Assembly (NCBI GenBank): GCA_023261815.1
Contig: JALNKA010000001.1
Location: 147,548 to 211,547 of the forward strand
Direction: 5' to 3'
Length of the DNA: 64,000 bases
Source: Candidatus Wolframiiraptor sinensis
GTDB taxonomy: Archaea; Thermoproteota; Nitrososphaeria_A; Caldarchaeales; Wolframiiraptoraceae
The position numbers and the translations under genes are program-made. Below, one piece after another: positions 30,998 to 41,843 of this stretch (its first letter is position 1; each line of letters begins with the position of its first letter). The notes beneath the pieces are model-generated. The model was not told where the DNA came from, ran no database searches, and was given only the letters and a program-made list of their open reading frames with translations.

Positions 30998-31399
30998 TTG
31001 AGCGGCTTCAGGAAGGAGGCCAAGGACTGGTTTGATGGCGCCATGGTGGATCTTGAAGAAGCACGCTCAGCTTTATTAAATAACAGAGTTAATTGGGCAT
31101 TATTTGCAGCCCATCAAGCCGTTGAGAAAGCTCTAAAATCGGCCTTCATGATCCTTAAAAGGGAGAGGCCTCCCAGAACGCATGATTTGGTTAGATTGCT
31201 TGGCGAATTAGGCTTAGAGCTTCCTGAAAACTTGAGAACTGGAATTTCAGAGCTCTCCCCATATTACGTTTTAGCTAGGTATCCGAATGCTGGATTGGAG
31301 AGACCTTGGGAAAGCATTGATAGAACCCTAGCTGAAAAGCTCATAAACGTGGCCGAGGAAGTGGTGAGAAGCATTGGCAGAGTTACGGGACTTGGATAA
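30998..31399 (+). CDS. HEPN domain protein
   Basis: FAAHQAVEKALK, RTHDL, YVLARYP. Confidence 0.9.
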   Translation: MSGFRKEAKDWFDGAMVDLEEARSALLNNRVNWALFAAHQAVEKALKSAFMILKRERPPRTHDLVRLLGELGLELPENLRTGISELSPYYVLARYPNAGLERPWESIDRTLAEKLINVAEEVVRSIGRVTGLG

Positions 31400-31721
31400 A
31401 CTGGAGATTCCAGAGGAAATCAAGAAAATTCTCAAAGACTTCATTGTAAAGGCCAAGGAGAATCTAGGCGACGTGGAAATATATCTCTTCGGAAGCTATG
31501 CTAAAGGTAATTGGCTATATGACAGCGACTTAGACCTAATACTCGTCTCACCAGCATTCAAGAATATCGACATGAGCAGGAGATATAGGATCGTGAGAGA
31601 GCTCCTACCCGCGAAAATATCCGTGGAACTACTTATTTATACACCAGAAGAATTTGAAAGACTAAAGAAGAAAAGCATAATCCTGCAGGATGCAATGGAG
31701 TATTGGGTCAAGCTATTATAA
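31374..31721 (+). CDS. Minimal nucleotidyltransferase (MNT)
   Basis: YLFGSYAKG...SDLDLILVS. Confidence 0.9.
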   Translation: MAELRDLDKLEIPEEIKKILKDFIVKAKENLGDVEIYLFGSYAKGNWLYDSDLDLILVSPAFKNIDMSRRYRIVRELLPAKISVELLIYTPEEFERLKKKSIILQDAMEYWVKLL

Positions 31722-32008
31722 AAAATGGCTTTTGAAGTAAGAGATCTCTTGAAGAGAAGGAGCCCATGGGCCCTTACCTGATTTAGAAGCTTGTTACGTT
31801 TTTCTCAGCTCCCTTCAAGCTATATTCTGGGAAGTATCATCAAACTATATAATTCTTAATTCTTTTTAAATGGTGTGGAGGTTTAATTATCGTATCTCCT
31901 AACCAATGGTTTACAATGATTGGCGCTAATTTCTCAGTTTTAGCATCGATTAAACCATGTAGATGTTCTAAGATAACTATTTTTCTATCAGTTTATGAGT
32001 AGAAGCTA

Positions 32009-32839
32009 TTACTTTCTTCGGAGAACATCAATGAATTTTTCAACGAAGTCCATGGTCTTTATGATATTCTTTGAAAATCCATAATCCCTTAGCTTATCTG
32101 CAAGAAGGGTTACGTGAAGAGGCGTTAATCCAGCCTCTGTTAAAAGTTCCTCGTTAACAAGTACCTTCTCGGGTGGGCCGTCTGCGATTTTTATTCCGTC
32201 TTTTAATATTATCACCCTATTGGCAAATTCGGCTGCCAGGTATAGATCATGAGTTATCATCATGATTGATCCACCATTTTCCCTATACTTCAAAAGGATG
32301 CGCATCAATTGGAGACTTCTCTTGAAATCTATTCCCGTTGTTGGTTCATCAAGTATGAGGAACTCGGGCTTCATAGCTATAACTGATGCTATTGCAACTC
32401 TGTGTTTCTCACCAACGCTAAGAAGATGTGGAAAAGCATTAAGCGGTTTATCTAAGTCTACGATTTTAAGAGCTTCCTCAACCCGCCTTTTAACCTCTTC
32501 TTCCGGTAATCCTAAGTTCCTAGGACCAAATGCGATTTCATCGTAAAGAGTTGAAGCAAATATTTGATGTTCTGGATTCTGAAAGACATATCCAACAATG
32601 CTGGCGCGCTCTGAGACTGTTAGATCTTTAATATCTTTCCCCTTTATTAAGACCATTCCTTCATCAGGCTTGAGTAATCCGCTCATAAGCTTCGCGAGTG
32701 TTGTCTTTCCAGATCCATTTTGCCCTAGTAGCGCGATGAATTCACCTTGCTCTACGGTCATGGTGATACCATTTATCGCCTTTATTCCTCCAGGATATGT
32801 GTAACTTACATTAATTACTTCTACAAGTGGATTTGCCAT
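32009..32839 (-). CDS. ECF transporter ATPase (second copy)
   Basis: GQNGSGKTT, VFQNPE, LSVGEK, LDEPT. Confidence 0.9.
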   Translation of the reverse strand: MANPLVEVINVSYTYPGGIKAINGITMTVEQGEFIALLGQNGSGKTTLAKLMSGLLKPDEGMVLIKGKDIKDLTVSERASIVGYVFQNPEHQIFASTLYDEIAFGPRNLGLPEEEVKRRVEEALKIVDLDKPLNAFPHLLSVGEKHRVAIASVIAMKPEFLILDEPTTGIDFKRSLQLMRILLKYRENGGSIMMITHDLYLAAEFANRVIILKDGIKIADGPPEKVLVNEELLTEAGLTPLHVTLLADKLRDYGFSKNIIKTMDFVEKFIDVLRRK

Positions 32840-33695
32840 CTTCGAGAACCCTCCTAAAAATTTCATACGCATCTTTGAGCGAAATGGGTATACTCGGTAG
32901 GATTATCCCTCTTTCTAGAAGTTTATAAGCTATTTCAGAAACTTGCGGAGGTCTAAATCCATATCTCTCAACATCAATCTTCTTTGAAAATATTTCTGCA
33001 GGCCTCCCCTGCATCTTTATCATCCCATTATCCATGACTATCATTCTGTCAATATGATTCACAGCCCATTCAACTTTGTGTTCTACGGCCAGAATTGAGA
33101 CTTTGAAATCCTTCTTAAGTTTAAGGATAAGATCCGTTATTCTTCGGGTACCTTGAGGATCAAGCTGGGAAGTCGGCTCGTCCAGTATTATTATCTTGGG
33201 CCTTAGAGCTAGGACAGAGGCTATAGCGAGGGCCTGCTTTTGGCCTCCGGATAAGCTAGCTGGCGACCTATCTTCCAGACCTTTTAATCCAACTATATCC
33301 AATACCTCTCTTATTCTTCTTCTTATCTCTTCAGGTGGAAAGCCTAAATTTTCCAATGGGAAGGCAACTTCATCATAAACTGATGATGTGACGAGCTGCA
33401 TTTCTGGGTTCTGAAAAACTATTCCAATATACTGTGAAAGCTCTGCTGGAGAAGTTTTAAAGGAATCAAGACCGAAGACACTGACACTTCCTTTAACTTC
33501 AGCTTTAATTACTCTTGGAACAATTCCCACTATGGTATAGCATAAGGTTGTTTTACCACATCCGCTCGGTCCCGTCAATAGTACGAACTCGCCCTCTTTT
33601 ATTTCGAGCGAAACATCTCTGAGTGCGTAATCCTCCTCACCTCTATATCTCACCCATAAGTTCTTAATTTCTATCGCAGCGGTCATAATTATCAC
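32811..33695 (-). CDS. ECF transporter ATPase (first copy)
   Basis: GPSGCGKTT, VFQNPE, LSGGQKQ, LDEPT. Confidence 0.9.
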   Translation of the reverse strand: MIIMTAAIEIKNLWVRYRGEEDYALRDVSLEIKEGEFVLLTGPSGCGKTTLCYTIVGIVPRVIKAEVKGSVSVFGLDSFKTSPAELSQYIGIVFQNPEMQLVTSSVYDEVAFPLENLGFPPEEIRRRIREVLDIVGLKGLEDRSPASLSGGQKQALAIASVLALRPKIIILDEPTSQLDPQGTRRITDLILKLKKDFKVSILAVEHKVEWAVNHIDRMIVMDNGMIKMQGRPAEIFSKKIDVERYGFRPPQVSEIAYKLLERGIILPSIPISLKDAYEIFRRVLEDGKSTCRSN

Positions 33696-34495
33696 CTCAC
33701 AAATGGCATAATACAGAAGATCAGGCCTAACACGTAAATCAGCCCGCCGAATATTAGAAATAAAGTATCCCTAAACTCCCATCTCAGATTTTTCGAGAAT
33801 GTTCTTTGAAGCGAGAGCCCAAATCCCTTGCTATCCAGCGCGACGCCGAGTTCAATGGCACTCTTCATCATTCGTATCATTAATGGCGTGAATATGGTGA
33901 CATATTTCCTTAACCTGCTCGGGAGATTTCCTTTCCTCAAATTAAGAGCTCTGGACTCTTGTGCATCAATTATCAGCTTCACTTCATTGATTATAGTTGG
34001 TAAGAACCTTAATGCTAGAATCGGAATATACGCTATCTTGTATGGAACCCCACATCTGACTAAGGCTTGGAAGAGGTCTCCTGGTTTTGACGTAGTAAGC
34101 ATCGTGATGACCGCAATGATGGGACTTAAAACTAGGAAAGCCTTACTTAACGCCAAATTTAATACTAGATCTGTATAACTCCAGCCCAAAATCGGGATTG
34201 TAAGAATGGGTACCCCTCCTCGAGGAGCTGATGCGGGCCAAAAAATTAAGCTGAAGAAGAGGATGACAACAGTTAATATTCCCACGAGCTTAAGCCAGAA
34301 TGCTGGCGGTCTAGATATAATTAAAGCGATGATTACTGAGGCATAGATTACCGCGCCGTAAATGGGACTTAAAAGATAATTTCCATTATATATGGAAAAA
34401 GCGAGCACCACAACAGCCCATATAATCTTAGCTCGTGGGTCAAGTTTATGCATAATGCTTTTGCCAGGTGAATATAAACCATATTCGAAAGACAA
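33692..34495 (-). CDS. ecfT: ECF transporter T component
   Basis: LDPRAK, LRFLP, AQESR, ALDSKGF. Confidence 0.9.
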   Translation of the reverse strand: MSFEYGLYSPGKSIMHKLDPRAKIIWAVVVLAFSIYNGNYLLSPIYGAVIYASVIIALIISRPPAFWLKLVGILTVVILFFSLIFWPASAPRGGVPILTIPILGWSYTDLVLNLALSKAFLVLSPIIAVITMLTTSKPGDLFQALVRCGVPYKIAYIPILALRFLPTIINEVKLIIDAQESRALNLRKGNLPSRLRKYVTIFTPLMIRMMKSAIELGVALDSKGFGLSLQRTFSKNLRWEFRDTLFLIFGGLIYVLGLIFCIMPFVR

Positions 34496-34538
34496 TTTCC
34501 ATCACCAAAAAGAATGAAGGTTTAAAGAACGCTCGGCA

Positions 34539-35387
34539 TCATTCAGCGAAAGTCACGCGATCGGACCAGTGGAGCCCCCATTTCTTCACAACAGGATACA
34601 ACACATAGCCTAGAGCTGGTCCAACTATTGCGGTTACTATCGCGTTGTTAATGAATACGAATGGTGCAAACCAGCCCCAGATGAATAGTGGCGGTAGGCC
34701 TACGAGTGGTTGAGCAACGTCAAGCCACCAGGAGATATATAGAGCGCACCATAGTGAGCTCACCAAAACACCCCATAGGTAGAAATCGAAGATCGATTTG
34801 CTGGACCTCAACGAATGGTCTCTCATGAACTTGTAGGGAATGTAACCTAGTAGGAAGTTCCCGATGAAACCTCCTATGCTTCCAAATCCTAAGTAGCCTC
34901 CTAAAGCATCGGCAATCAAGTTCCCGAAAGCCAGGCCAATGCATCCAGGTATCCCGAAAAGTATCCCGAAGACCGGTGCCAACATATTGGCCGGCCGAAT
35001 CCATGTAAACCCTGGAATAACTATTAATCCTGCAGTAACTACCAGTCCCCCACCATATATCGCGGCAGCCAGCGCTGCTATGGCTATATCAATTGAATCC
35101 CATTTTATCGTTTGTTTTACGAGCTTTTTTCCTTTGATTGTTCTTCCAGAGAGCTCCATGATGAATAATACAGTACCAATTATCCATAATATTCCCGCAA
35201 CAATTCTCCAGAAATCAAAGCCTAGGCTAAGAAAGGCTGCTCCCCAGCTCCAGACTTGCGGCCCTCTCTCCCAGATGATGCCACTTGCAGCAGCGAAAGT
35301 TACGCCTCCCCAAATGGCTATCGCTATAACTATTATCGCTAGGATTATTGCGAGGGGTGTGTAGTACCTACCATCCATTATACTCAT
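34539..35387 (-). CDS. ECF S component (QueT-like) with N-terminal extra TM helices
   Basis: AALAAAIY, IRPAN.L.PVFGILFG.PG..G.AFGNLIAD, GFIGNF. Confidence 0.75.
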   Translation of the reverse strand: MSIMDGRYYTPLAIILAIIVIAIAIWGGVTFAAASGIIWERGPQVWSWGAAFLSLGFDFWRIVAGILWIIGTVLFIMELSGRTIKGKKLVKQTIKWDSIDIAIAALAAAIYGGGLVVTAGLIVIPGFTWIRPANMLAPVFGILFGIPGCIGLAFGNLIADALGGYLGFGSIGGFIGNFLLGYIPYKFMRDHSLRSSKSIFDFYLWGVLVSSLWCALYISWWLDVAQPLVGLPPLFIWGWFAPFVFINNAIVTAIVGPALGYVLYPVVKKWGLHWSDRVTFAE

Positions 35388-35677
35388 CCGGACTTCACCC
35401 CCTTCTTAGGGATCTTAATCCAAACGCCAATGCCCAGGGCTACTAGTATCAAGCCTATAATATTCGGTATATAGCTGGCCTCCGCTGCAACCTTTCCATA
35501 AATCCCTGCTTGGAGAAGGGCTAAGTATATGCCAAAGCTTATCAGCCACCCTAGGCCGACGAAAAGTGCCAGCAAACCGCCTCTCTTCTTCATTAAAGCC
35601 ATCGCAAGTCCCATCAATGTGATGATTACTCCCAAGATCACGATAATATCCCATCCTAAGAAAAGTTCCATTTTCAT
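35384..35677 (-). CDS. Small 3-TM membrane protein, first gene of ECF operon
   Basis: Hydrophobic 97 aa, ATGA overlap with S component. Confidence 0.7.
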   Translation of the reverse strand: MKMELFLGWDIIVILGVIITLMGLAMALMKKRGGLLALFVGLGWLISFGIYLALLQAGIYGKVAAEASYIPNIIGLILVALGIGVWIKIPKKGVKSG

Positions 35678-36070
35678 GATACTGAAAAACTTGATTTCCT
35701 CTTAATTAAGTTTTATTGAAATTTTGGTAGCAAAATAACATGATTCAGCAAACCGGTAACTCGGAATACAAAGTTCCGGAAAAGCCCTGAAAAGCATGAA
35801 TAAATTCGGAGAAAACCTGAGTTTGGCCATCGAGAATCAAACTTAGTTAATTGATGGCTGGTGTAATTTAACTTGTGCCACCATCTTTTTCACGTATCTT
35901 CGGGATTAATATTGAGATGCCTGAGCTTAAGCTCGTTGGCGATCAAGAGGTCTTTTTTGAATCAAAGTCTTATCATAATGTGAAGACATTGAAAATCAAT
36001 GTTTAGTGTTTGTTAAATGTTTGGTAACTGCTGACCTAATGCTTTACGCTTTTAAGAATTTTGAGTCTAG

Positions 36071-36496
36071 TTATTCGAGGCGCTTTGGTGCTACTTCAAA
36101 AGCATTCTGAACTTCGAATCTTCTGAAAAAGATTTTCATCATTCTTTCAGACGCGTATAGAATCTCACCTTCTTCTAGAATCTTTAGAATGAATCTATTC
36201 TCTTTCTTGAGCATCTCAGAGAATTCTTCTATAGTGTACCCCACGGGCTCCAATGGCAGCTTTAATTCATCATTGAGCTCCAGTAGAAGTTTGATTCTAT
36301 CGAGGAAATTTTCCCTGAAATCCGCGACGACCAGTAGGTCTACGTCAGATCCTTCATTGAAATCTCTTCTAGCAAATGAGCCGAAGAGCATTATTAAGTC
36401 CGGTCTAAGTTTTTGAATTATTATTTCCTTATATCGCTCTATCTTTGAAAAAATTTCCTGACTTCTCTCAATATCGACTCTGCGTAGTTTATACAC
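36071..36496 (-). CDS. Minimal nucleotidyltransferase (MNT)
   Basis: LFGSFAR..NEGSDVDLLVV. Confidence 0.88.
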   Translation of the reverse strand: MYKLRRVDIERSQEIFSKIERYKEIIIQKLRPDLIMLFGSFARRDFNEGSDVDLLVVADFRENFLDRIKLLLELNDELKLPLEPVGYTIEEFSEMLKKENRFILKILEEGEILYASERMMKIFFRRFEVQNAFEVAPKRLE

Positions 36497-36849
36497 GTGG
36501 AAGCCACCTCCTTAGTATAATACTTGTATGGAGCCCCTGATGGATAAAAATTCGGATATCGTGAGGCGATATAATGTCTATCCAGCTCTCTACCATAATC
36601 GATGAGTTCCTTGAAAACTTCACTAAACTTTGAAGCCTCCTCAAGCAACTCCATAACGGAATGTGTGATGATCGCTCTATAACCCTTCAAGTATAGAAGA
36701 CCCTTAAGAGCTTTCTCAGCAGATTGTTGCGCGAAGAATGAGGAGGCATAATAATTTCCACTTTCCAAGCAATCTCTAGCCGTCTTCAGATCGGCCTCAG
36801 CTTGGTCAAGCCATCTTAAGCCTTCCTCAAAATTCCCCATAGAGATCAT
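36439..36849 (-). CDS. HEPN domain protein
   Basis: FFAQQSAEKALK, THS, HYIASRYP. Confidence 0.9.
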   Translation of the reverse strand: MISMGNFEEGLRWLDQAEADLKTARDCLESGNYYASSFFAQQSAEKALKGLLYLKGYRAIITHSVMELLEEASKFSEVFKELIDYGRELDRHYIASRYPNFYPSGAPYKYYTKEVASTCINYAESILREVRKFFQR

Positions 36850-36972
36850 CCTCCGATTCTAAAAACATAAACAGGTGGTGAATTATATTGCTTTTCTTCT
36901 TCCCGCATGCGCCGAGTCCAACATTCAATAGCGGCATTGTTGATCGTTCGGGAAAATAAAAAGTTAGTTAAA

Positions 36973-37743
36973 TTATGGAATCTCCTGTTTTACTGATCTT
37001 CCGCATTTGCCGCAGAATTTGTCGTCTGGTTTGAGCGGGTTTCCGCAGTATCCGCAGAATAGATTTGGCTGCGCGGTTGCGAGTTGAGGTGTAGATATGA
37101 TTGCGGCTGATTCTTATACATTTGCGGTCGATCTGCCGATGAAGACCATGAAAATCGGGGATATTATGAGAGTTATGATCCATCCAATGTATGGTATGAA
37201 TGATATTCCGCTCAGCACCAGACTTATCGCGAATAATATGATGATCCATAACATGTAGTTTCCCCAGCCTACGGCTTTGATTTTAGACAATATCGCGTTG
37301 AAATCGAACGCGCTTCCCAGCTTTCCCACTTTAACCATATGTGCTATCGCCATAATCGCTATTATCGTTATGATGAACGCGAGTATTATCCCGGCAACCA
37401 TTAGTATGCTTCCCATTATGCCGAGCCCGATCATGGGCATGAAAATGCCGGCCATAATCATCGAGGCTGCTCCAATCGCTATCAGTATTATTGGCACTAT
37501 CATGTAGACTATCGTGACGGCGAATACTTTTGCACCATCTATCCAGAGCTCTCCATATTTCTCAAGGCGCGGCGGATCGGTGCTTCCTGGCGACTCCTTG
37601 ATAACTTTTGCAAAATAACCCGTTACGATGAAATTGACTATCGGTATTATGTTCAGTATTATGAGCGCCACGAGCCTCCCAATGCTCTTGAACAACTTAA
37701 TAGTGTATTCATAGGAGTCTCTAAGATTCTCTTCAAGTTTCAT
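36973..37743 (-). pseudogene. DUF4013 membrane protein with C-terminal double zinc ribbon, in-frame TAA at 37114-37116
   Basis: IIPIVNFIVTGY, PP.L, G.K; after the stop the same frame reads ESAA...FCGYCGNPLKPDDKFCGKCGRSV. Confidence 0.75.
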
Positions 37744-37745
37744 TT

Positions 37746-38078
37746 TCATGATTCCTCCAGCCTTGAGCCGCATCCACTGCAGTATAGATAGTCAGACGGA
37801 TTTGCTCTTCCGCATTTGGAGCATATCTTCGTGGAAGGCGCAGCAATTTGTGTAGCTTTTTCTTGGACAGCTGATTTAACTAGAACTACATCTCCGAGAG
37901 CGAGTATTTGAGATGATGGGATTGCCTCTTCCTCTCCCTCTCCCAACTTATCGTATATCAGGACGATCTTTCCCTCTTGGTCGTATCCTATGTCTTTGAC
38001 CTTGCCGAGGCGCACAGCATTATCAGAGATAATGTCTTTACCAACGATCTCATCCCTTCTGAAAAACTTTTTACTCAA
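37746..38078 (-). CDS. PRC-barrel protein with C-terminal zinc ribbon
   Basis: IVGKDII..AVRLGKVKDI, ILALGDVVLVK, CSKCG..N....YCSGCGSRL. Confidence 0.85.
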   Translation of the reverse strand: MSKKFFRRDEIVGKDIISDNAVRLGKVKDIGYDQEGKIVLIYDKLGEGEEEAIPSSQILALGDVVLVKSAVQEKATQIAAPSTKICSKCGRANPSDYLYCSGCGSRLEES

Positions 38079-38533
38079 AAAATCATCACCACTTATTTGC
38101 GGTGATTATGCTCTTCTGATGTTTATAAGTTTCAAAATTGTCCTATAAGAAAATCATGGTTTAGAGAATTAATAATGGATAGAGCATTTCATGATCATGC
38201 AGTCCTAAAACAGGACATTGATTGGTAGGCGGATCCTGCATTAACCAGAGCTATCCCTTTTTGATCGAAGCTGGGCACACTTGTAACCTACATGCCAAGC
38301 TCGCTAGTGATCTTATGATTCCACTTGATTTCCTTGGGAGTTGGAATAATCCATCCCGAGCATGCATTCTCAGCGCTAGGTTCCTCATTCTAATCAAAAA
38401 TTCGCGGGATCATGATGCTTTAGCGGATACATTTTTCGCGGTCATTCCTGTCCTAGCCACGATCGCGGTGTTAAGAGGGAAGAGCAAAGAAAGCTTAGAA
38501 CTCAAGATGAGGATGCAGGGCTTGCTAACGGTA

Positions 38534-39862
38534 TTAATGATGAGTGCTGCTCTCCTTGACTTGGCTCACCATTTCTCTGAACTTTTTTATTTGCTCGTTA
38601 TGATCTACTATGGGCTCGTAGTAACCTCTTATCCTGTGTCTTATCGGGTCATGAATCCTCTCACATTCATGGTCCGTCAGCTCAGGGATGTACCTCTTTA
38701 CATACAGGCATAATGGATCATATTTTTCTGCTTGCCTCACGGGATTGAATATCCTAATCGGCAGAGGGTCTACGCCCACCGAGGCGGACCACTGCCAGTT
38801 GCCCACATTAAGGACCTCATCATAATCTATGAGGTGCTCTTTGAAAAATTCTTCTCCAATCCTCCAATCCACGAGGAGGTCTTTGACCAAGAAGTTGGCC
38901 ACTATTAACCTAACCCTATTGTGAATCCATTTTTCAGCCTTCAGTTGCTTAATGCCGGCATCCACGATGGGATAGCCGGTCTTTCCCTCCTTAAAGGCGC
39001 TAATCAGATACTTGTCATTCTCCCACATGATTCCTCTTCTACGAGGATTGAGCTCCAAATCTCTCATGTAAGGGTATCTGCGCTTTAGGTGGTAGTAGAA
39101 CTCTCTCCAAGCTAACTGCCTCACAAACTCCTCGGAGAATCTCACAGCCCGGTTGAATACCTCCCTCACGGAGACTATGCCGAGGCTTATGTATGGAGAC
39201 AGCTTTGAGGTGCCATCCAAGTAAGGGTAATCCTTGGTTGCGGCATATTTTTTGTAGCTGAATGATTGAAGTCTATGAGAATACCAGTCGGCTCTCCATA
39301 TCCGCTCTTCAGGAATCCTCCAACCATTTCTCTTGCACAGCTCATTCAGGTCCGGTTCGTCTATCTCGACGAAATTATCGGGTGGGACTTCTCCAGCAGT
39401 TTCGGCATTGACGAGCCTTCTCCACTTTCTATAAAACATCGTGAAATTTATCGGGGAGCCCAGGGAGGATGGGTCGGCCAGCAGGTTGTCGATTATCTCG
39501 ATGAGCCTTACGCCACTTCTTCTACAGACATCCTTGATCTCCTGAACCAATGCGTCTTCATGCCATGATAAGGGTGATGCCGTGTAGATCGCGTCAAACC
39601 TATATCTCCCCAATAAGTGCTCGAATGCTTCACGCGTTTTATCATAGAGCACATGTAGCCTCATTTTAGAACCTAAATTTCTCAGGGCGTCCAGAAGAAA
39701 TATGAAGCGCGGGTCGTCGAAATTCATCTTTCGATCCCTCAGGACTTCAGGATCTATTACAAAGACTGCCGCCACTTTATCGGCCTTAGATGCCGCCTCG
39801 ATTAGCGCCTTGTTATCTCTTATCCTCAGATCACGCCTGAACCAGTAGAGAACCCTCATCAC
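38534..39862 (-). CDS. phr: Deoxyribodipyrimidine photolyase
   Basis: WFRRDLRIRDN, TSKLSPY, LAWREFY, GKTGYPIVDAG, HNRVR, DYD..N.GNWQW, RIFNP. Confidence 0.95.
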   Translation of the reverse strand: MMRVLYWFRRDLRIRDNKALIEAASKADKVAAVFVIDPEVLRDRKMNFDDPRFIFLLDALRNLGSKMRLHVLYDKTREAFEHLLGRYRFDAIYTASPLSWHEDALVQEIKDVCRRSGVRLIEIIDNLLADPSSLGSPINFTMFYRKWRRLVNAETAGEVPPDNFVEIDEPDLNELCKRNGWRIPEERIWRADWYSHRLQSFSYKKYAATKDYPYLDGTSKLSPYISLGIVSVREVFNRAVRFSEEFVRQLAWREFYYHLKRRYPYMRDLELNPRRRGIMWENDKYLISAFKEGKTGYPIVDAGIKQLKAEKWIHNRVRLIVANFLVKDLLVDWRIGEEFFKEHLIDYDEVLNVGNWQWSASVGVDPLPIRIFNPVRQAEKYDPLCLYVKRYIPELTDHECERIHDPIRHRIRGYYEPIVDHNEQIKKFREMVSQVKESSTHH

Positions 39863-40775
39863 CCGACCTCCCTAGGGTTATTAAGCGCATTACCTCATCA
39901 CCCCTAAGCTCTTCGAGTAGCCTTGAAATAGCTTTCTCCTTTTTCTTCGCCTCCACGATTATGTCTATCGCCCGCTCCCCGAGAAATAAGGAGATCAGAT
40001 TTTTGAAATCTCTTACTTCCACGTAATCTCCGTGCTCGCCAAAGCGGTGAGCTCGTTGTGGTGCTGATGACAGGTGAGTCTCGGGGACGATGTTCCTCCA
40101 AGTGGAGACCAGCCTATCCATGCTGAACTTCGACGGGTTTAGCGTATGATGGTAATAATCGAGGACCGCTGGGAGGCCGAGCGATTCAGATATCTCTATC
40201 ACCTCGGACATCGTGTAATGTCTCTCATCATTTTCCAGCGCGAGCCTTCTTGTAAGCCACTTATTGTTTTCTATCGTTTCCTCAAACCTCTTGAGGGCTC
40301 TCATTTTATCACCGTAAACTCCCCCGACATGTACCACTACGAGGCTCTCATCCCCCAGACCTAAAGTGTCTAGCACCCAGAAGTGATACCTCAACTCCGC
40401 TAAAGACCTCATTATGACGTTCTCGTTTGGACTATTGAGCACCACATATTGCCCCGGATGCATAGTTATCCTGATGCCGTAGTCTCTCACTCTATCTGCC
40501 GCTTCCCTCAAGATTCTCTCGATCGCCTTAAACCACCCTCGATTGAAGCGCGTGTGAGATGCGAATGGAATGAAATTGGAGCCCAGTCTAAATATCGTCA
40601 AGCCCATTCTCCTAGATAGATCTAAGAGCTTCATAAGATCATCCAAATTCCTCTTAAAGACTTCTAGTAACCTATCCTCGCTCAGGCTGCGGAGCTTTAT
40701 CCTATGATTCGTGGACAGCCTGTTATCGCTCGTCGAGCAGAAGAATCCAAGCCCTACTCTCAGCTTGACGACCAC
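39831..40775 (-). CDS. uvsE: UV damage endonuclease UvdE
   Basis: FRLGS..IPFASH, RITMHPGQYVVLNSP, HVGG.YGDK, LALENDE, DYYHH, HLSS, VEAK.KE. Confidence 0.93.
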   Translation of the reverse strand: MVVKLRVGLGFFCSTSDNRLSTNHRIKLRSLSEDRLLEVFKRNLDDLMKLLDLSRRMGLTIFRLGSNFIPFASHTRFNRGWFKAIERILREAADRVRDYGIRITMHPGQYVVLNSPNENVIMRSLAELRYHFWVLDTLGLGDESLVVVHVGGVYGDKMRALKRFEETIENNKWLTRRLALENDERHYTMSEVIEISESLGLPAVLDYYHHTLNPSKFSMDRLVSTWRNIVPETHLSSAPQRAHRFGEHGDYVEVRDFKNLISLFLGERAIDIIVEAKKKEKAISRLLEELRGDEVMRLITLGRSGDEGSLLVQA

Positions 40776-40840
40776 GTTCTCTGTGCGTGAGAAGCAATCT
40801 TAAAAGTTGAGCGCTTAAATTCATTGGGAATGGGTAAGAA

Positions 40841-41788
40841 GTGGTGAGGCATCCCAGGCCCAGAGTGGTCGTGAGCGAGTGTCTTGGCTTCAGGCCCACC
40901 AGATACGATGGTAACATTATCTACGATGAGATCGTTGAAGTCCTGAAAAAATTCGCTGATTTGATCCCAGTGTGCCCTGAGGTCGGAATAGGGTTGGGAA
41001 TTCCCAGGAACCCCCTAGTGCTTACGAGAAACGGGGATGATGTCTGCCTAGTGGATACTAAGACTGGGGAGGATTTTTCACGCCGCATGAATGAGTTCGC
41101 CCATTCATTCATAGCCGACCTTAAGGATGTTGATGGCTTTCTCATGAAATCCAAGAGCCCATCTTGTGGGGTCGGCGACGCGAAGGTCTATGGAAAGGGT
41201 TGGGCTGTTGTCGGCAGGTCAGACGGCATTTTCACAAAGCTCATGCGAGAGACCTTCCCACTCTTGCCGATTGAAAGCGAGAAGCGTCTGCTGAAATACG
41301 AGATAAGGAGGAACTTCTTCACAAAGATCTTCTCGATAGCCGACCTCAGAGAGACCCTTTCGGGGGCCAGGATGGGGGAACTCGTAGAATTCCATCGGAG
41401 GAACAAGTACGTATTAATGCTGTATAACCCGCATCTTTTCAAGAAGCTTGGCAGGCTGATGGCTGAGAGGGATCAGAAGGAGCCGCAGGAGTTGAAGAGA
41501 GAGTACGGTAGAGCTTTCCTAGAGGCCCTTTCCAGAAATCCGGGAAGAGGCTCATACGCAAACGTCTTCATGCATCTCTATAGCCACGTCAAGGAGAATT
41601 TGGTTGAAAAGGAGAGGAAGTACATATTAGCCCTCATAGAAGGGTATAGGATGCGGAGAGTTCTCCTGAAGACGCTCATAGCGTACTTCAGGGGATTCAT
41701 ATACAGGCTGGGAAATGAGTATCTGGCAGAGCAGAGATTCATAGACCCGTATCCCGAGGAGCTGGAGCAAATGCGCGAGGACGAGTAA
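40841..41788 (+). CDS. DUF523-DUF1722 (YbgA/TudS-RudS-like) Fe-S desulfidase
   Basis: VSECLG...RYDG, PVCPEV.IGLG.PR, KSKSPSCG, GIF; FH..NKY.LM, YL.EQ....PYP. Confidence 0.9.
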   Translation: MVRHPRPRVVVSECLGFRPTRYDGNIIYDEIVEVLKKFADLIPVCPEVGIGLGIPRNPLVLTRNGDDVCLVDTKTGEDFSRRMNEFAHSFIADLKDVDGFLMKSKSPSCGVGDAKVYGKGWAVVGRSDGIFTKLMRETFPLLPIESEKRLLKYEIRRNFFTKIFSIADLRETLSGARMGELVEFHRRNKYVLMLYNPHLFKKLGRLMAERDQKEPQELKREYGRAFLEALSRNPGRGSYANVFMHLYSHVKENLVEKERKYILALIEGYRMRRVLLKTLIAYFRGFIYRLGNEYLAEQRFIDPYPEELEQMREDE

Positions 41789-41843
41789 ATGCATTTTGAA
41801 AACCCCGGCGCCCCGGAGCCTTAACTCCAGCCTTTTCCAAAAC

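Noticed and set aside
38222-38713. 163-aa plus-strand ORF
   Set aside because: Overlaps the photolyase 3' end antisense; no family signal
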